Shown here one piece after another: positions 24,390 to 36,708 of a stretch of 64,000 nucleotides of DNA (position 1 is the first letter of the stretch; each line of letters starts with the position of its first letter). Position numbers and translations under genes: made by a program. The DNA comes from Lytechinus pictus (taxonomy: Eukaryota), in assembly GCF_037042905.1 (NCBI RefSeq), contig NW_026974140.1:8308001-8372000 (forward strand). Direction: 5' to 3'. The notes below the pieces were generated by a model that was not told the origin of the DNA, searched no databases, and was given only the letters and a program-made list of their open reading frames with translations.

Positions 24390-25260
24390 CTTTTCTAAGG
24401 ACAATGCAAGGTGATGGTCACTTTGAGTTTCCGGCTCGATTTGGCGACGGATTTGAATAATTGCTTGCCCTGCGTCTGTTGACATTTCTAAGACTGATTA
24501 CATAAATGAGAGGTGATGCATGAGCTGAGCCACGCATGATACGGTGATTTCTTTAATGGTACACATAATTAGTAGCGAGCGGATATCGTTCCCTTGGGAG
24601 CGGAGACGCCCTCAACGGCGGCACCTTCAACCAGAACTAAAAACATTACGATGGATCCGGCGATGGATACCACTCAACGTCAGCATCAATCATTCTTGCA
24701 AATATTTGCACTTCGCCCTTCGATCTCCCATAGTCGGTAAAATTAATTACATAACGAGACTTCACGTGATTATTTCAGTAATGGCGTGCGATATCTGTTT
24801 ATGGGCGGGAAGACGAGGGTTTTTGGTCGTGATTTGTTAATTTGACATTTGTGGTCCGCGCGCGTATAGCTTCGTCCGATTGTGTTATGGTGTCGGTAAA
24901 TATATAAGCAAGGATGGTGTTTTGATTGCGATGGAAAGTCATACATACTTCATCCATAGTTTGGCCAATCTAGGACACGCCACGAAGAAAGCAATTCGGT
25001 GCTGTCCCTGGTGTGAGGGTGGTTAAGATAGAGCGTCAATCAGCACGCGACGGCATTGGCATCGCTCATACTGGGTTGGTTTACAGATCAACCTGTTTTA
25101 ATGAATTGAATTGGGTCAGCTTAGCTTGGCGAAGCCGCCACGGGGCTGGATCCACCACAAAGACAATCCGTCCCTCCTGACTACTCGCGCCGTTCGGGGT
25201 TTCTATTCTTACACTCGATGCCGAGTGAAAGATGATGTGATTTGAGGAGAGTGGGATGTT
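24390..25260. promoter_or_regulatory. Putative cis-regulatory island
   Basis: Unique, CpG-rich, non-coding; TGATTGAT (rc, 24685), TGATTGAC (rc, 25035), TGACA, TTTATGG and many TAAT cores. Confidence 0.45.
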
Positions 25261-26137
25261 AATGATTAGAGAGGGAGAAAGGGACTAAGGATATTAAGGT
25301 ACGAAAGAAGAGCGGGAGAAAGAAAGATAGATAAAAGACAAGAGGGAGAAAGAGGTGGAAGAGTGAGTAAACCCTTAACTGGCAGTCACGTCGTGCCCAA
25401 AATTACAGCGACGCTGACACATATATTGTTTACCTTTCCGGGGAGGTTAAGATCTACTGAAGAAAGTTCTTCAAGGATCCCATCAGAGGGGCTTAACAAG
25501 GGTGCTTTTTTTTTTTTGGGGGGGGGGGTGTACAATCCTAAAGGGAGGGGGTAGGAAGGTGTGCGTTGCATGATTACGGTCATGACCAGGACTTATCTTT
25601 CTGGGGTGCAGCTAAACTTAGTAAAATGATCAGGAATATATACAAGACCATCCTGCAAGCTGGTACTGGTGCAAGAATCTCGCGACTTTAATTATTTATA
25701 AGAACATTTTTAATAGGAGGCTGCACACTTTACAAGCTCCGTTTTCCCTAACCTGTTTCTATGATAACCTTCATTATAAGTAGAAAATCTTTAGATGTTT
25801 TGTTGCTTATTTCATCAAGTTTTACGAACAAAATATTATATCGTAATCGTTGGTATTGGAAATAAACTACAAAACAAAAAAAAAACAAGATGAATTGAAA
25901 GAATACTAAGGCCTAATATGAACATCTTCCTGGGAGTGCAAGAATACGTAAAATGGTCTTTAATAAATACAAGCGATTTATAGTAAAGCAACCTCCTTTA
26001 TATTGCTGTTAATTTTTCTTTTTCTTGTTTAGGTATTTAAATCTTAAATGAAGGATCTGAGGTACTTTTAGGTGGAAGAGATCAGGCATATTACATAAGA
26101 ATGAAATTTTGAACACTTCAGAGGAGCTGCGATTCAA

Positions 26138-26453
26138 TGGCCCATTCTTCACTCGCCGGGTTCAATGTAGACCGTGGTCTGACTCTGTGCTAAAATTATG
26201 GGAAGCCAAACAAGTCAAACTTTGTTCACATGGTATGTATTTTATGTTTACTGTGCTCTTTCCTAATTCTGCAATGGTGAAGACAATTATTTTATTTACC
26301 CCTCCCAGACAGTTAAGAATGATTTAAAAGCCAAATGAGCTGATAACATAAATCTCTACTGCCTTAGAGATTTATGTCACAAGTGGCTATCCATAGTTAA
26401 ACCATAATTTTATACCAGAGTTTAAATTAATCCCGACTTTAGAATCCGGGCCA
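26138..26453. mobile_element. Degenerate copy of the tggcccgtattctgaag MITE
   Basis: Colinear with 28129-28441. Confidence 0.8.
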
Positions 26454-27049
26454 ATAAGTCAAATGAAGATGTAAGACGGGGAACATTTTTATGAAACAAG
26501 GATTGATTTTCACTGACTGACAACCGCACCAATAATCTACTAGAATGCTTGCATCATACTGGCTGAGAGCAAATTTGTGACAAGATGCTCCACGAAACAC
26601 TCTTTCACAGATGGTGAGTGTTTGTGGGTGTGGGAGAGAGGGGAGGGAGAGAAAAGGGATGATGCGAAACTCTTGATGAAGGAAGATTGAGTTGAGAGAT
26701 TTGGAGAGGATGGATTTCCTCGGTGACATGTGCAGTCCAAACATCCCAGCCACCCTATAATTTCTTCAAATAAACAGAGAGCCCAAGGTGGAATGAATGA
26801 GGTCAGTTTGAATTTCTCTCTGTGGGTCACATGACCTTCCTTGGATGACCTTCTACTTGAAGGTCAAACTCTTATGCTATACAATGCAGGTAGCCCACAC
26901 CAACGAAACCGACTCCAAACCGACCAAAGATATGCCATGGAGAATAACGCAACAATTTTATTCGGTCTAGAGTCCGTTACACTTGTGTGAGTGTGACACG
27001 TCGATGTATCAGTGATGGTTTTATTGTTACGTCATCATGATCGTGATGT

Positions 27050-27262
27050 ATAATAATAATAATAATAATAATAATATAGGGTATTTATATTGCGCACATA
27101 TCCACCTTGTTAGGTGCTCAAGGCGCTCCTATATTACCCGGCTAAGCTAGGCGTTCATAGCGCACACAGCTTTTTAAGGAATTACTTCCTACCGGTACCC
27201 ATTTACCTCACCTGGGTTGAGTGCAGCACATTGTGGATCAGTTTCTTGCCGAAGGAAATTAC
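27050..27262 (-). mobile_element. 5'-truncated SINE, family A
   Basis: (aat)n tail, taccggtacccatttacctcacctgggttgagtgcagcacattgtgg. Confidence 0.88.
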
Positions 27263-28128
27263 GAAGGAAATAATACATAAGATTTATATAGCGCACTTTC
27301 CATCTTGATTAGATGCTCAAGGCGCTTCAGAGCAGAACAACAAAAACTATTTACATATAATACATGTCTGAACAATAAGTCAATGTCATAGAAAGTTTCA
27401 TAGAAAGTTATCGTTCCATCCCCTTAGCAAAAACGTAACGATGAATAAAAAATCCCGCATAGTCCTAAAGTACCGAAAGATACCCTATCGCTTAGACATG
27501 CAAATGCATAATTCTTTAATGACGCCCAACATGCCCAATGCTTAAGTGTAAATACACAGTGATCATGAAAATACAAAATGCCTATTCTTATGCACAATTC
27601 TTATGCTTATACACCGGGTTTTTACACAGTGCTTATAATGATTTCACTAATATCCACAATGTTTATGCTAATGGACAATGCTTACGTTGCATATTCTTTG
27701 GCAGTTCGGTAAAATTTTTCAGTTTCATATTATCAGATCCTGAAGTGCTTGACTATATACAATCAACATTGAAATTACATCACATGATTTTATGTTAAAA
27801 ATTAAATAAAACATAAAATAGATGCAATATTTCACTCTTTCATTTTTATTCAATTTACAGCATTGTATCAATATGTCTTTTAAAACGAGATCAAATACGT
27901 TTAATCTGTCTCGATGCCGAAGTCATATATCATTCACCCTATATAGTTCAATGACGATAGCAATCTATAGGAACTTTGTTGCATAATGAATGAAGTAGTA
28001 TACATTGTTAGTGACAGTGTATAACATGTAAGTCTATTAATCATTCATTTGATTGGATTTGTGGATCTTTAGCATTCCCAACATGTTGTAAGTCTTGTTC
28101 ATGTTAGTGATTCATGCGTTACACCTTT

Positions 28129-28441
28129 TGGCCCGTATTCTGAAGTCAGGTTTAACTTGAACTCAGGTTTAAAGTTGTGGTTTAAGTATGGGAAGCCAGA
28201 AGTATCATAATTTTTATTAAGTTGTATGTTTCTTATGTTTACTGTGCTCTTTCCTGATTCATCGATGGTGAAGACAATCATCTATTTATACTTCTTAGAC
28301 AATTATGAATGATTTGAGAGCCAAATGAGCTGAAGTATGATATCTCTACTGTTAGTGATTTATGTAACAATTGGCTATTCATACTTAAACCACAACTTTA
28401 AACCTGAGTTTAAGTTAAACCCGACTTCAGAATACGGGCCA
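28129..28441. mobile_element. MITE with ~60-bp TIRs
   Basis: tggcccgtattctgaagtcaggtttaactt...gtttaagtat and its near-exact reverse complement ending aatacgggcca. Confidence 0.93.
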
Positions 28442-29189
28442 TTTTGTTTAAAGCCTTCACGAAAAAGAAATACCTCGTTCAGCACTTTTCCCATTATTCC
28501 TTCAAGCTTCATCTAATTAGATGTCCTAATTTTCAGTATGGATGCTAAAATTGGTATAGCATCGACCATTTATGATTGCCTTTCAAATTTTCAATTAATT
28601 ATTATCGAAGAAATTACATGAACATGGTGGAGAACAGTCACTGTAATTTTAGTTTCCTTATCGAGTTTTTTTTTAGACTTAAATTTATGATGTTATAATG
28701 GATCATGTAGACATTGATGAGTAATCGGAAGGTTTGTTATGGAAACAAAATTTCATGTAATAGATCCTTTGAAAATGGTTCTGGTATACTGAGGTAAATT
28801 CTTAGGAAGGCAACGAATTATTGCCTGATAAAATATTTGCATACATTTTTAGCGGCTGAATGTGAAATTTGTAAAGATCCTCTGAAAATGAGGACGGATA
28901 ATGTTTCCACTTTACTCAGAAAACATCCGTATTGAAATAGAATTATTTTGAATGGTGAAAAGAACAATATTAAAGCCAATGAAATCTTGTGCCAGTTGGT
29001 ATCTTTAAGAAGCGCTTTTTAGCGTTACTTTGGATTTTTCCTCCCTCTTGTTGTGTTTAATATTATTAAAGGCTTGACTTACAGTAAGATGTCCATGATT
29101 TACATAAAAACTTGACACATTTCAATAAACGTAATAGGTTCTGGTCAATAAAAAGGAAGGTGTAAATGCTATGCAACTAACGTTTAAAT

Positions 29190-29250
29190 GTGTGTGTGTG
29201 TGTGTGTAAAAGGGAGGGTGTGTGTGTGTGTGTGTGTGTGTGGGTGTGTA
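29190..29250. repeat. (GT)n microsatellite
   Basis: Direct observation. Confidence 0.95.
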
Positions 29251-29699
29251 GGGTGTATCAAAAGAGTAGCCATCGCGTTACCTTACAATCATCGTTACTT
29301 GTCTCAAAACAGAAATACACGTAAGCAGGTGTTATTCCATAATTAAAGATTGGAAATAAAATTATGGGAGGATTCTACGAAACGTCCTCTGGCGTGAGAA
29401 AAAAAAAGAAAAGGGAATTAGACTTTAAGAAAATTCGATATTATTGGATGGAGAAGGCTGGAGAAGTGACGGTGGTTAGACAGGAGAAGCATGTTCAGAG
29501 TTCATTATTGGGAAATGTTTTACAGCCGCACAACTCCTTCAATTATTGTGCAATGTATCGTGACATTGCCATGACGTCAGTAGTGAAGGACTATCTATTC
29601 TGACCGTTTGAGTTTTATTGCAGTAACTTACCAGCATAGCGAATGTAATTTGAGAGAAAGCAAATAGAATAGGCCTACTATTATCTAAGAAGATGGGCA

Positions 29700-30050
29700 G
29701 GTGAAGGAGTAAGGAGAGAGAAGAAAAAGAAGAAAATGGGGAAGGAGGAGAAGAAGAAAAAGAAGAAGGAGAAGAAGAAAGAAGAAAAAATGGGAAGTAG
29801 AAAAAAAAAAGAAGATGAGAAAGAAGCAGAGGAAGTAGGAGGAGGAAGGGAAGAAGAAGATCAAAATAAGAAAGAAAGAAAGAAAAGTAATTATTTGAAG
29901 AAAGAGAAGATGAAAAACTACATGAAGAAGAAACCGAAACGATAAAATGAAGAAAAAGGGGAAGACGAAAAAGAAGAGAAGATAGAAATGTGACGCAGCA
30001 TAAAAAAATGAGAAGGAGTTGATAATGAAAAGATAAAGGTAAGGAATTAA
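29700..30050. repeat. GAA-rich low-complexity tract
   Basis: Direct observation. Confidence 0.9.
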
Positions 30051-30334
30051 TTAAATTAAAAATCGGTTTCTCATGTCTGTCGGCTGCAACACTCATTGCA
30101 TGAAATAATTACATTTATTTTTACATTTACATTTATTTTTACATTTACATTTTTTTTACAGCAATTTGTTCCCATCGATTTTTTATTTAGACGGTAAGTG
30201 CTTCAGAATATAGGACTTTATGGATTTTGAAATATCATGTCCTCTTATAATGGGAGTGATGGGGCGAGATTCGAACCGCTAACAATCAAAAGTAATTGTC
30301 GTTTATAATGTTACAAAGGGTATGAAGTAACTAG

Positions 30335-30910
30335 TTAAGGTCAAATCCACCCGATAGGAATCGATAGAGAAAAAATCAAGCATAACGCTGAACTTTTCAT
30401 CAAAATCGAATATAAAATAAGAAAGTTATGACATTTTTAAGCTTCGCTTATTTTTTTTCCCACAAAACAGTTTATATATACACACAAATAAGTGATATGC
30501 AAACGAGGCAGTGGATGATATCCCTCACTCACTTTTCTTTTGTTTGTTTATTGTTTGAATTTTACAATATTTCAATTTTGCAGAAGTGACAATAAGGACC
30601 AACTTAACTGAACCATAATGGTAATTCCATATGTTCAGGAGGGAATAAACATTTGTTTCACAGGACAGAGGAAAAATTAGAATATTTCATATAATAACTT
30701 ACAAAAAAATAGTGAGTTGGTGATGTCATCAGTCCCCTCATTTGCATACTGACCAGGATATTCATATAACTGTTTTGTCAAATTAAGTAAAAAATGTCAT
30801 AACTTTCTTATTTTACATCCGATTTTGTTGAAATTTACGATTTTTTTGCGTGCTGCATTTTTCGCTTTTTATTCAAATTCACTTTTTCTTGGGGAGGACT
30901 TATCCTTTAA
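30335..30910. mobile_element. Kolobok-like MITE
   Basis: ttaaggtcaaatccaccc ... ggggaggacttatcctttaa; inverted subterminal blocks aaaataagaaagttatgacattttt / aaaaatgtcataactttcttatttt. Confidence 0.85.
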
Positions 30911-31014
30911 ACAGAAAAGTTTGGGACGGAAACTGCTTGGTCTGGAAGAGATGAGAGGGATCGAGATTTGGAGAGTGAGAAATGACAAAAAGGGAAGTGG
31001 GTTTGTTTGGTTAA

Positions 31015-31430
31015 AGGTTCATTGGATTAAAAGCGGAGCGTCGACAAAGGCTGATTTAATTGGTAATGACACCAAGGGAGTTGGACCTGACATGGCTTGA
31101 TGCCACTGAACAGGTGATAGGATGCCCTTCTATAGAGACAGAGAGGCTCTGCTTCCCCGGATCGATCCGAGAGAGATGACCGGATTTATTTGTTTTCCCT
31201 AGCGGATTACGGGCGGGATCGTGCGGCTTAAGAAGCTAACATGTTTGAAATTTGATTGGAAAAGATGTGATAGGATTATAAAAGGTCGTGGAAATCTTGG
31301 GATTAGAGGGGGAGGGAGAGATGAAAGTCGGTAGCAGTACGCTTTTCCACGGATTAATGCGTCCAGGCAGGGTGCGTAGCTGAAAAGGATAAAATATACA
31401 TCTGCCGATGAATTAATGCGAATTTAAAAT
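31015..31430. promoter_or_regulatory. Putative Otx/K50-homeodomain enhancer or promoter
   Basis: GGATTA at 31024, 31204, 31273, 31300, 31351; ATTGG x3; TATAAAAG at 31277. Confidence 0.55.
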
Positions 31431-31436
31431 CTAATG

Positions 31437-31588
31437 CCACTGGAAAGTGCGATTTAAAAACTCCCCCTTGACCTTCATGGTATATGTATGCTACAAGAAT
31501 GCTTTATAAATTTTATAGCCGTTGGAAAGTACGATTTATCTCCCCCTGACATTCCTGGTACATGTATGCTACAAAAATGCTTCATAAC
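31437..31588. repeat. ~80-bp tandem duplication
   Basis: gcc..tggaaagt.cgattta...tggta.atgtatgctacaa.aatgctt.ataa occurs twice. Confidence 0.85.
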
Positions 31589-32704
31589 CAAGTCTTATAA
31601 TAATACCATTACATCAGTGAGACAACTTCTTTTGACCCTGATATTGTCGCCATAAAACGACGCACTTTTCATCGCTTGCGTTCATTGAATATGTTCTCCA
31701 AACTTAGAAGTGAAACGAATTCATAACCTTTCCTTTCACTTTCAAGCTTAATGTTGCGTATTATTATTATTATTGGAATGCAATAATGGAATATCTGAAA
31801 ATCGATTTAACTACCTACTATTACGACCTTTCCAATAAATGAGCCGTGAAACAAGAATGTTTATTTCTTATTAATTCAATGAAATTCCTTTCGATTTATT
31901 TGATTGGGTTTTGAAATCTAGCCTCTAACACATACTTTTACACTTATGTACAAAGGCATCTATGAAGCATGGTGTACAAAACTTCATGCTTCCAAAGGTT
32001 AATAAAAAGCTACGAATTTGATTTTTTTTATTTAACAGGCGACGACATCTTGCTGACATGATATTTTTATATCTAAAATGAAAAGGGAAAATAAGAAAGT
32101 TGAATGAAGAGAGAGGAAGGGGGGGGGGGGGGTTAAACAGATATATCTAAACTTCCAGAAAAAGAAAATATATGTGACCAAACAGAACAAAGAAAGAATG
32201 TCTCAATTGATAATGATAGAATAAGTGCTTGATTGATATTGAATCAGGTAAAAATATATATAAAATAAATAAGTAAATAATTCATGGATGCATAAAAGCA
32301 TAGAATACGTTCATATCTACCACTGATTATAATGATAATGATACTAACTTATATTATAACTTATAAGCGCCCAATCCACTCTGCAGCGTGTTCAAGGTGC
32401 ATTTATAGAGAGTTAAGAAAAATATTTTTTTACGTTATAAAGCTGAGATAAAGTATGATATAGATAGTTACGGCAAACTAGTAAATAATCACATACAGAA
32501 ATTAGTAGATAGATGGAAACATAGATCTCTTTGGTTATCAATATGTTGAAATAATGATTATAGTCATTTTGGGGCAAACGAATGTCAATTTTTATCTAGT
32601 GTTTTCTCAGGAATGATGAAAAAATGATATAACTATTTAGAAAGATGAATATATACAATGTTAGCTACAAGTTCATATCTACTACTGATAAGCAGATATC
32701 ACAT

Positions 32705-32875
32705 TTTACAACAACAACAACTATTACTGCTACTACTACTACTAATACTAGTAGTAGTAGTAATAACCCTAATGATGATAATAACAACAACAATAATAAT
32801 GATAATCATAACAATAATAATAATGATGATGATATATGATAATAATAATGATAATAATAATAATAAAAATAATGG
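32705..32875. repeat. Compound trinucleotide microsatellite (aac/act/agt/aat)
   Basis: Direct observation. Confidence 0.95.
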
Positions 32876-33323
32876 ATTCTTCTAAACCGCACATGTCCGT
32901 CTTAAACGATTTCGTGGTAAGTAGTAAATGAGAAAATGCACGAATATTATATTTAAATAGATGAAATAAAAATTCAATAAATCAGTTGAAAAAAAACTTA
33001 ATGAATGAAAAAAAGAAGATAGTGGCCAATATATGAATAAATGAATGAATCTTTAAACTTTACAGGACAAAATCAAAGTGAAGTTCGTAAATTTTCATCC
33101 ATTATTACCAAAATATCTTTATAAAGCTGTATCCATGAGGTGGCTCAGTATGGTGTACATGTGATTTTTTTTTTACTTCGGGAGCGAGCGAAGCGGGTAT
33201 TTTTTATTGCTTTTTTACATGAAAATATAATTTTGTGATAGAACTTGACATGATGTTCAACATATTAATACTGCCATATTCCTTCCCTTTTTTCTCTCTT
33301 TATACTCCTTTCCCTCTGTTTTC

Positions 33324-33471
33324 NNNNNNNNNNNNNNNNNNNNNNNNNNNNNNNNNNNNNNNNNNNNNNNNNNNNNNNNNNNNNNNNNNNNNNNNNNNNN
33401 NNNNNNNNNNNNNNNNNNNNNNNNNNNNNNNNNNNNNNNNNNNNNNNNNNNNNNNNNNNNNNNNNNNNNNN
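33324..33471. other. Assembly gap
   Basis: N run. Confidence 1.
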
Positions 33472-33489
33472 CCAAGACCCCTTATCTCA

Positions 33490-34335
33490 TCTGTACGTCA
33501 GTGGGAAGATCAATGGGGTTGGTATCGATTGGGCTGGTGTTATGTTACAGTCACACCGATATAACCGATTCCAAACCGATCGATGATATTCCACTTGAAA
33601 CAACGTAATAGCTTTCATCGGTCTGGGGAGCGGTTCATTGACATTTTTGGTCAGACAATTGTCAGATCTGTCAACTTTCCTTGATGTTGATTGGCTAAGA
33701 TACAGTGTTACTATGGTAACTGTCGGATAAAATGGGACCTGTCGGATAAAACGTCTGACAACTCCTTTCACGAAACGCTCCCTGACCCCTGGAGTTCGTT
33801 TTTGTTGTTGTGTCTGCGGCATGGAGGTAGAGAGGTAAGGGTGAAATATGATATATTGGGACGCAGTTTTCACTTCTTGATTTCTACTTTTTTTTAAGTC
33901 TGAGTGGTAGTCTCCCACGTTATTATTGGTTTGTTTGGAGCTCGTCTAGCTGTCTACACGGCATCATGTTCACATGTTCATAGAGTAGAATCTAATACCT
34001 TCCATTGATCGTCGTTTTCCTTCACAGTTCTGCCACAGTCAAATGAACGATACATATTAACTCCAGACCAATCGCTTGTATTGCCATTGAAAATAACGTT
34101 ATAGCTTTGATCGGTCTGGAGTCAGTTTAGGTGATCTGACTGTGGCATTCAGACAAAAATACTCTTCCGCCATCTACGGCCAATGATACTTTTGCTTTTT
34201 CATGCAGTAAATAACCATTGCATGGCAGTTACACAAACGAAACCGTCTCCAAACCGAGCGATGGTATGTAATTGGAAATAACGTAATAGCATTGATCGAT
34301 CTGGATTGGATACAATGGTATGTCACATAACTGTC
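33490..34335. mobile_element. Cluster of about 4 short palindromic MITE copies (tacagtcacacc...aaaccgattccaaaccgatcg family)
   Basis: Pieces at ~33510, 33546, 34030, 34228; other copies at ~26890, 38230, 48256, 49440, 56513, 62340. Confidence 0.75.
33623..33784 (+). mobile_element. Short MITE carrying ATTGG and an X-box-like palindrome
   Basis: ctggggagcggttcat ... cacgaaacgctcccctg; truncates the 33546 MITE; homologous to 41695-41821. Confidence 0.85.
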
Positions 34336-34399
34336 AGCATCCATATTTACATTACCAATTACCATCCATTATAATCTGTGATCTCTGGCTACGTTATTG

Positions 34400-34960
34400 C
34401 ACGCATCCCAAGACATTTCCTAATTACATGGTTTTAATGATTTCTGGCAGCAGCTTTCATGTTAATTGCCGATTTTTTTTCTCTCTTTTTTGGCGGCTTT
34501 GTGCTTTTTCCTCATTACAAATGAAGTGATCAGGTAGTCCATCGCAGAGTAAAACTAATTGCGACTGCCGTCTAATTGAATTGGGTCGGGCAGGAATGAG
34601 CTTTTCGCTTTCTCACACTCTTCTCATAAATATTTGTAAATACTGGACAGAATTATGTCCTCAATGATAACCTGAATCCCCCTTTTTCCTACCCTGTTAA
34701 ACACAGTTCTCGTTTTCAGCCATCGATTCTTTTATTGTCCATTGCTACATATCAGTGCCTGGTTTTCTTCGCTCTGAAAGGATATTTTTTTTTATTTGTG
34801 TTCGTGAACGATTTCCAGGGAGGCGCGTGTTTGGCTGACTTGGTTCGCATCTCTCTATTTTTGTTACATTTGCAAGGCTGACTCTGTGATGACAAACAAC
34901 CCGTAATTCATTATTTTGCTCGAGGTACAAGATCGTGATAAAATCGGTCTAAAAGGCGAG
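34400..34960. promoter_or_regulatory. Putative cis-regulatory island
   Basis: Unique CpG-containing non-coding sequence with repeated TAATT/CTAATTG cores. Confidence 0.35.
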
Positions 34961-35882
34961 TCCGAAAGGAGGAGGGGGAGGGGGGGGGGGGGTTGTATTA
35001 AACCAGAGAAAAATAATAATACGCTTGAAGTCTTAAGATTTGAATGATTTAAAGTCCTATATACACTATGGGGCGGCTCCACAGGGGGCAGAAAGGGGAA
35101 CCGCCCCCTATTATTCTTTTTAATTAATGTAATAGGAGGGGAAAAAACCCGAAGAAAACCCGAAAAGTAGAAAGTGAGAAGAGTTTAAAGAGGAGAGGTC
35201 TTGCACCTAAACGTGTACCTTTATGAAACCCTTTTAATTAAATTAATAGAAATAATGACGTCACAATTAGTTCATCTTGCCCCCCCCCCCATCGAAATAT
35301 CCTGTCGTCGCCCCGCCCCTTCTTAGACACGGGCGGCCGTGTAAAACATTCCTATCCTTTTGTTTCCTTTAAAAGGGCACGCAAACTCATAGTGGCAATA
35401 TTCTCTGCAGGGGTTAATATGATATTTAAGATATTTCCAATTAAACAAAAATAGAATTGGTTGATCAAAATATTCACGAGACTAATCAGATACTTATCTA
35501 AAAATAATAAGGACTGTAATGCAATGCGTTCAGAACTTGCTAAACTAATTAGATGGTACTTAGGACTAACAGAACTTGTCCTTGCCTCATTCCAAAATGA
35601 GGCTGATAGAAAAGGTAAATCTTCTTTACCAAGAAATGTTGAGTCACCAATCTCGATAGCAAAAATATCATCGGGGGGGGGGGGGGGGGGGGGGGAGGTA
35701 CAGTGTCTTATAGTAGACACACATTGAATATGATTTATGCTGAATTTGGTGTAGATTGACGGAAAATAATAAGTAGAAGCAAATTAAATAGATGAAATGC
35801 TTTTCAACCAAAAAATTTGGTGATAGAATTACTTATTGAAATCTAATTTTAAATAGTCATTACATAAAAACGCGAAAAATTC

Positions 35883-36060
35883 CCGGTGGGTGTTTCATAA
35901 AGCTGTTCGTAAGTTAAGAGCGACTTTAAGATTGACAGGTGATCCTTTATTGTAGTAAATGGTATATTCATTGACGATTGTTTAACGCGTAAGAAAGGTT
36001 CACCAGTCGTTCTTAAAGTCGCTCTTAACCTACGAAGAGCTTTATGAAACATTCACCAGG
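35883..36060. mobile_element. Palindromic ~177-bp MITE, copy 1
   Basis: ggtgggtgtttcataaagctgttcgtaagttaagagcgactttaag ... cttaaagtcgctcttaacctacgaagagctttatgaaac. Confidence 0.93.
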
Positions 36061-36531
36061 CCATTGAGGTGAGAACAATAATGAGCTAATGAAAAGTTCA
36101 ATTATTTTGGTAAGATTACTTTCATTCGCTACTAAAATGTGCAAATATTGTGTTAGGATCTGTGAATATTGATATTCTTTTACATGTATATTTTTATTAA
36201 AATGTTATTCATTTTAAAGCGCATATGGTACATCGTAATTTTTGTCAGTGTTCCACCTAAGATGACACAGACCTACAAACAATTCTTCAAGTAATAATTC
36301 ATTTACTCTAAGTAGGCCTAATCACTTTACTTTAGGGTTCTGTAAGAAGTTACGAGGGTAACGCGGATACCTTGCTTTCCCTTATTATCTCGACGCAAAA
36401 GGCACTATAGTGAATCTATGAAAACTATTGCATTTTAAGTTCTTTGTGTAAGCAACAGTGTTAGGATGTAGCATATACCCTGTCATTGCACGTTGGGTAG
36501 GGTGATCAACGTTTTAGAAGAAAAAAAAAAG

Positions 36532-36708
36532 CCTGGGGCCGTTTCATAAAGCTGTTCGTAAGTTAAGAGCGACTTTAAGAACGACTGGTGATCCTTTATT
36601 GTGGTAAATGGTATATTCATTGGCGATGGTTACGCGCGTAAGAAAGGTTCAACAGTCGTTCTTAAAGTCGCTCTTAACTTACGAACAGCTTTATGAAACA
36701 CCCACCTG
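36532..36708. mobile_element. Palindromic ~177-bp MITE, copy 2
   Basis: Highly similar to 35883-36060, same orientation. Confidence 0.93.

Noticed and set aside
26611-26613. 3-nt microexon (tttcacag|ATG|gtgagt)
   Set aside because: Sits at a degenerate MITE end with a short pyrimidine tract and no host gene evident
29539-30096. 185-aa hydrophobic ORF
   Set aside because: Antisense of a GAA-rich tract
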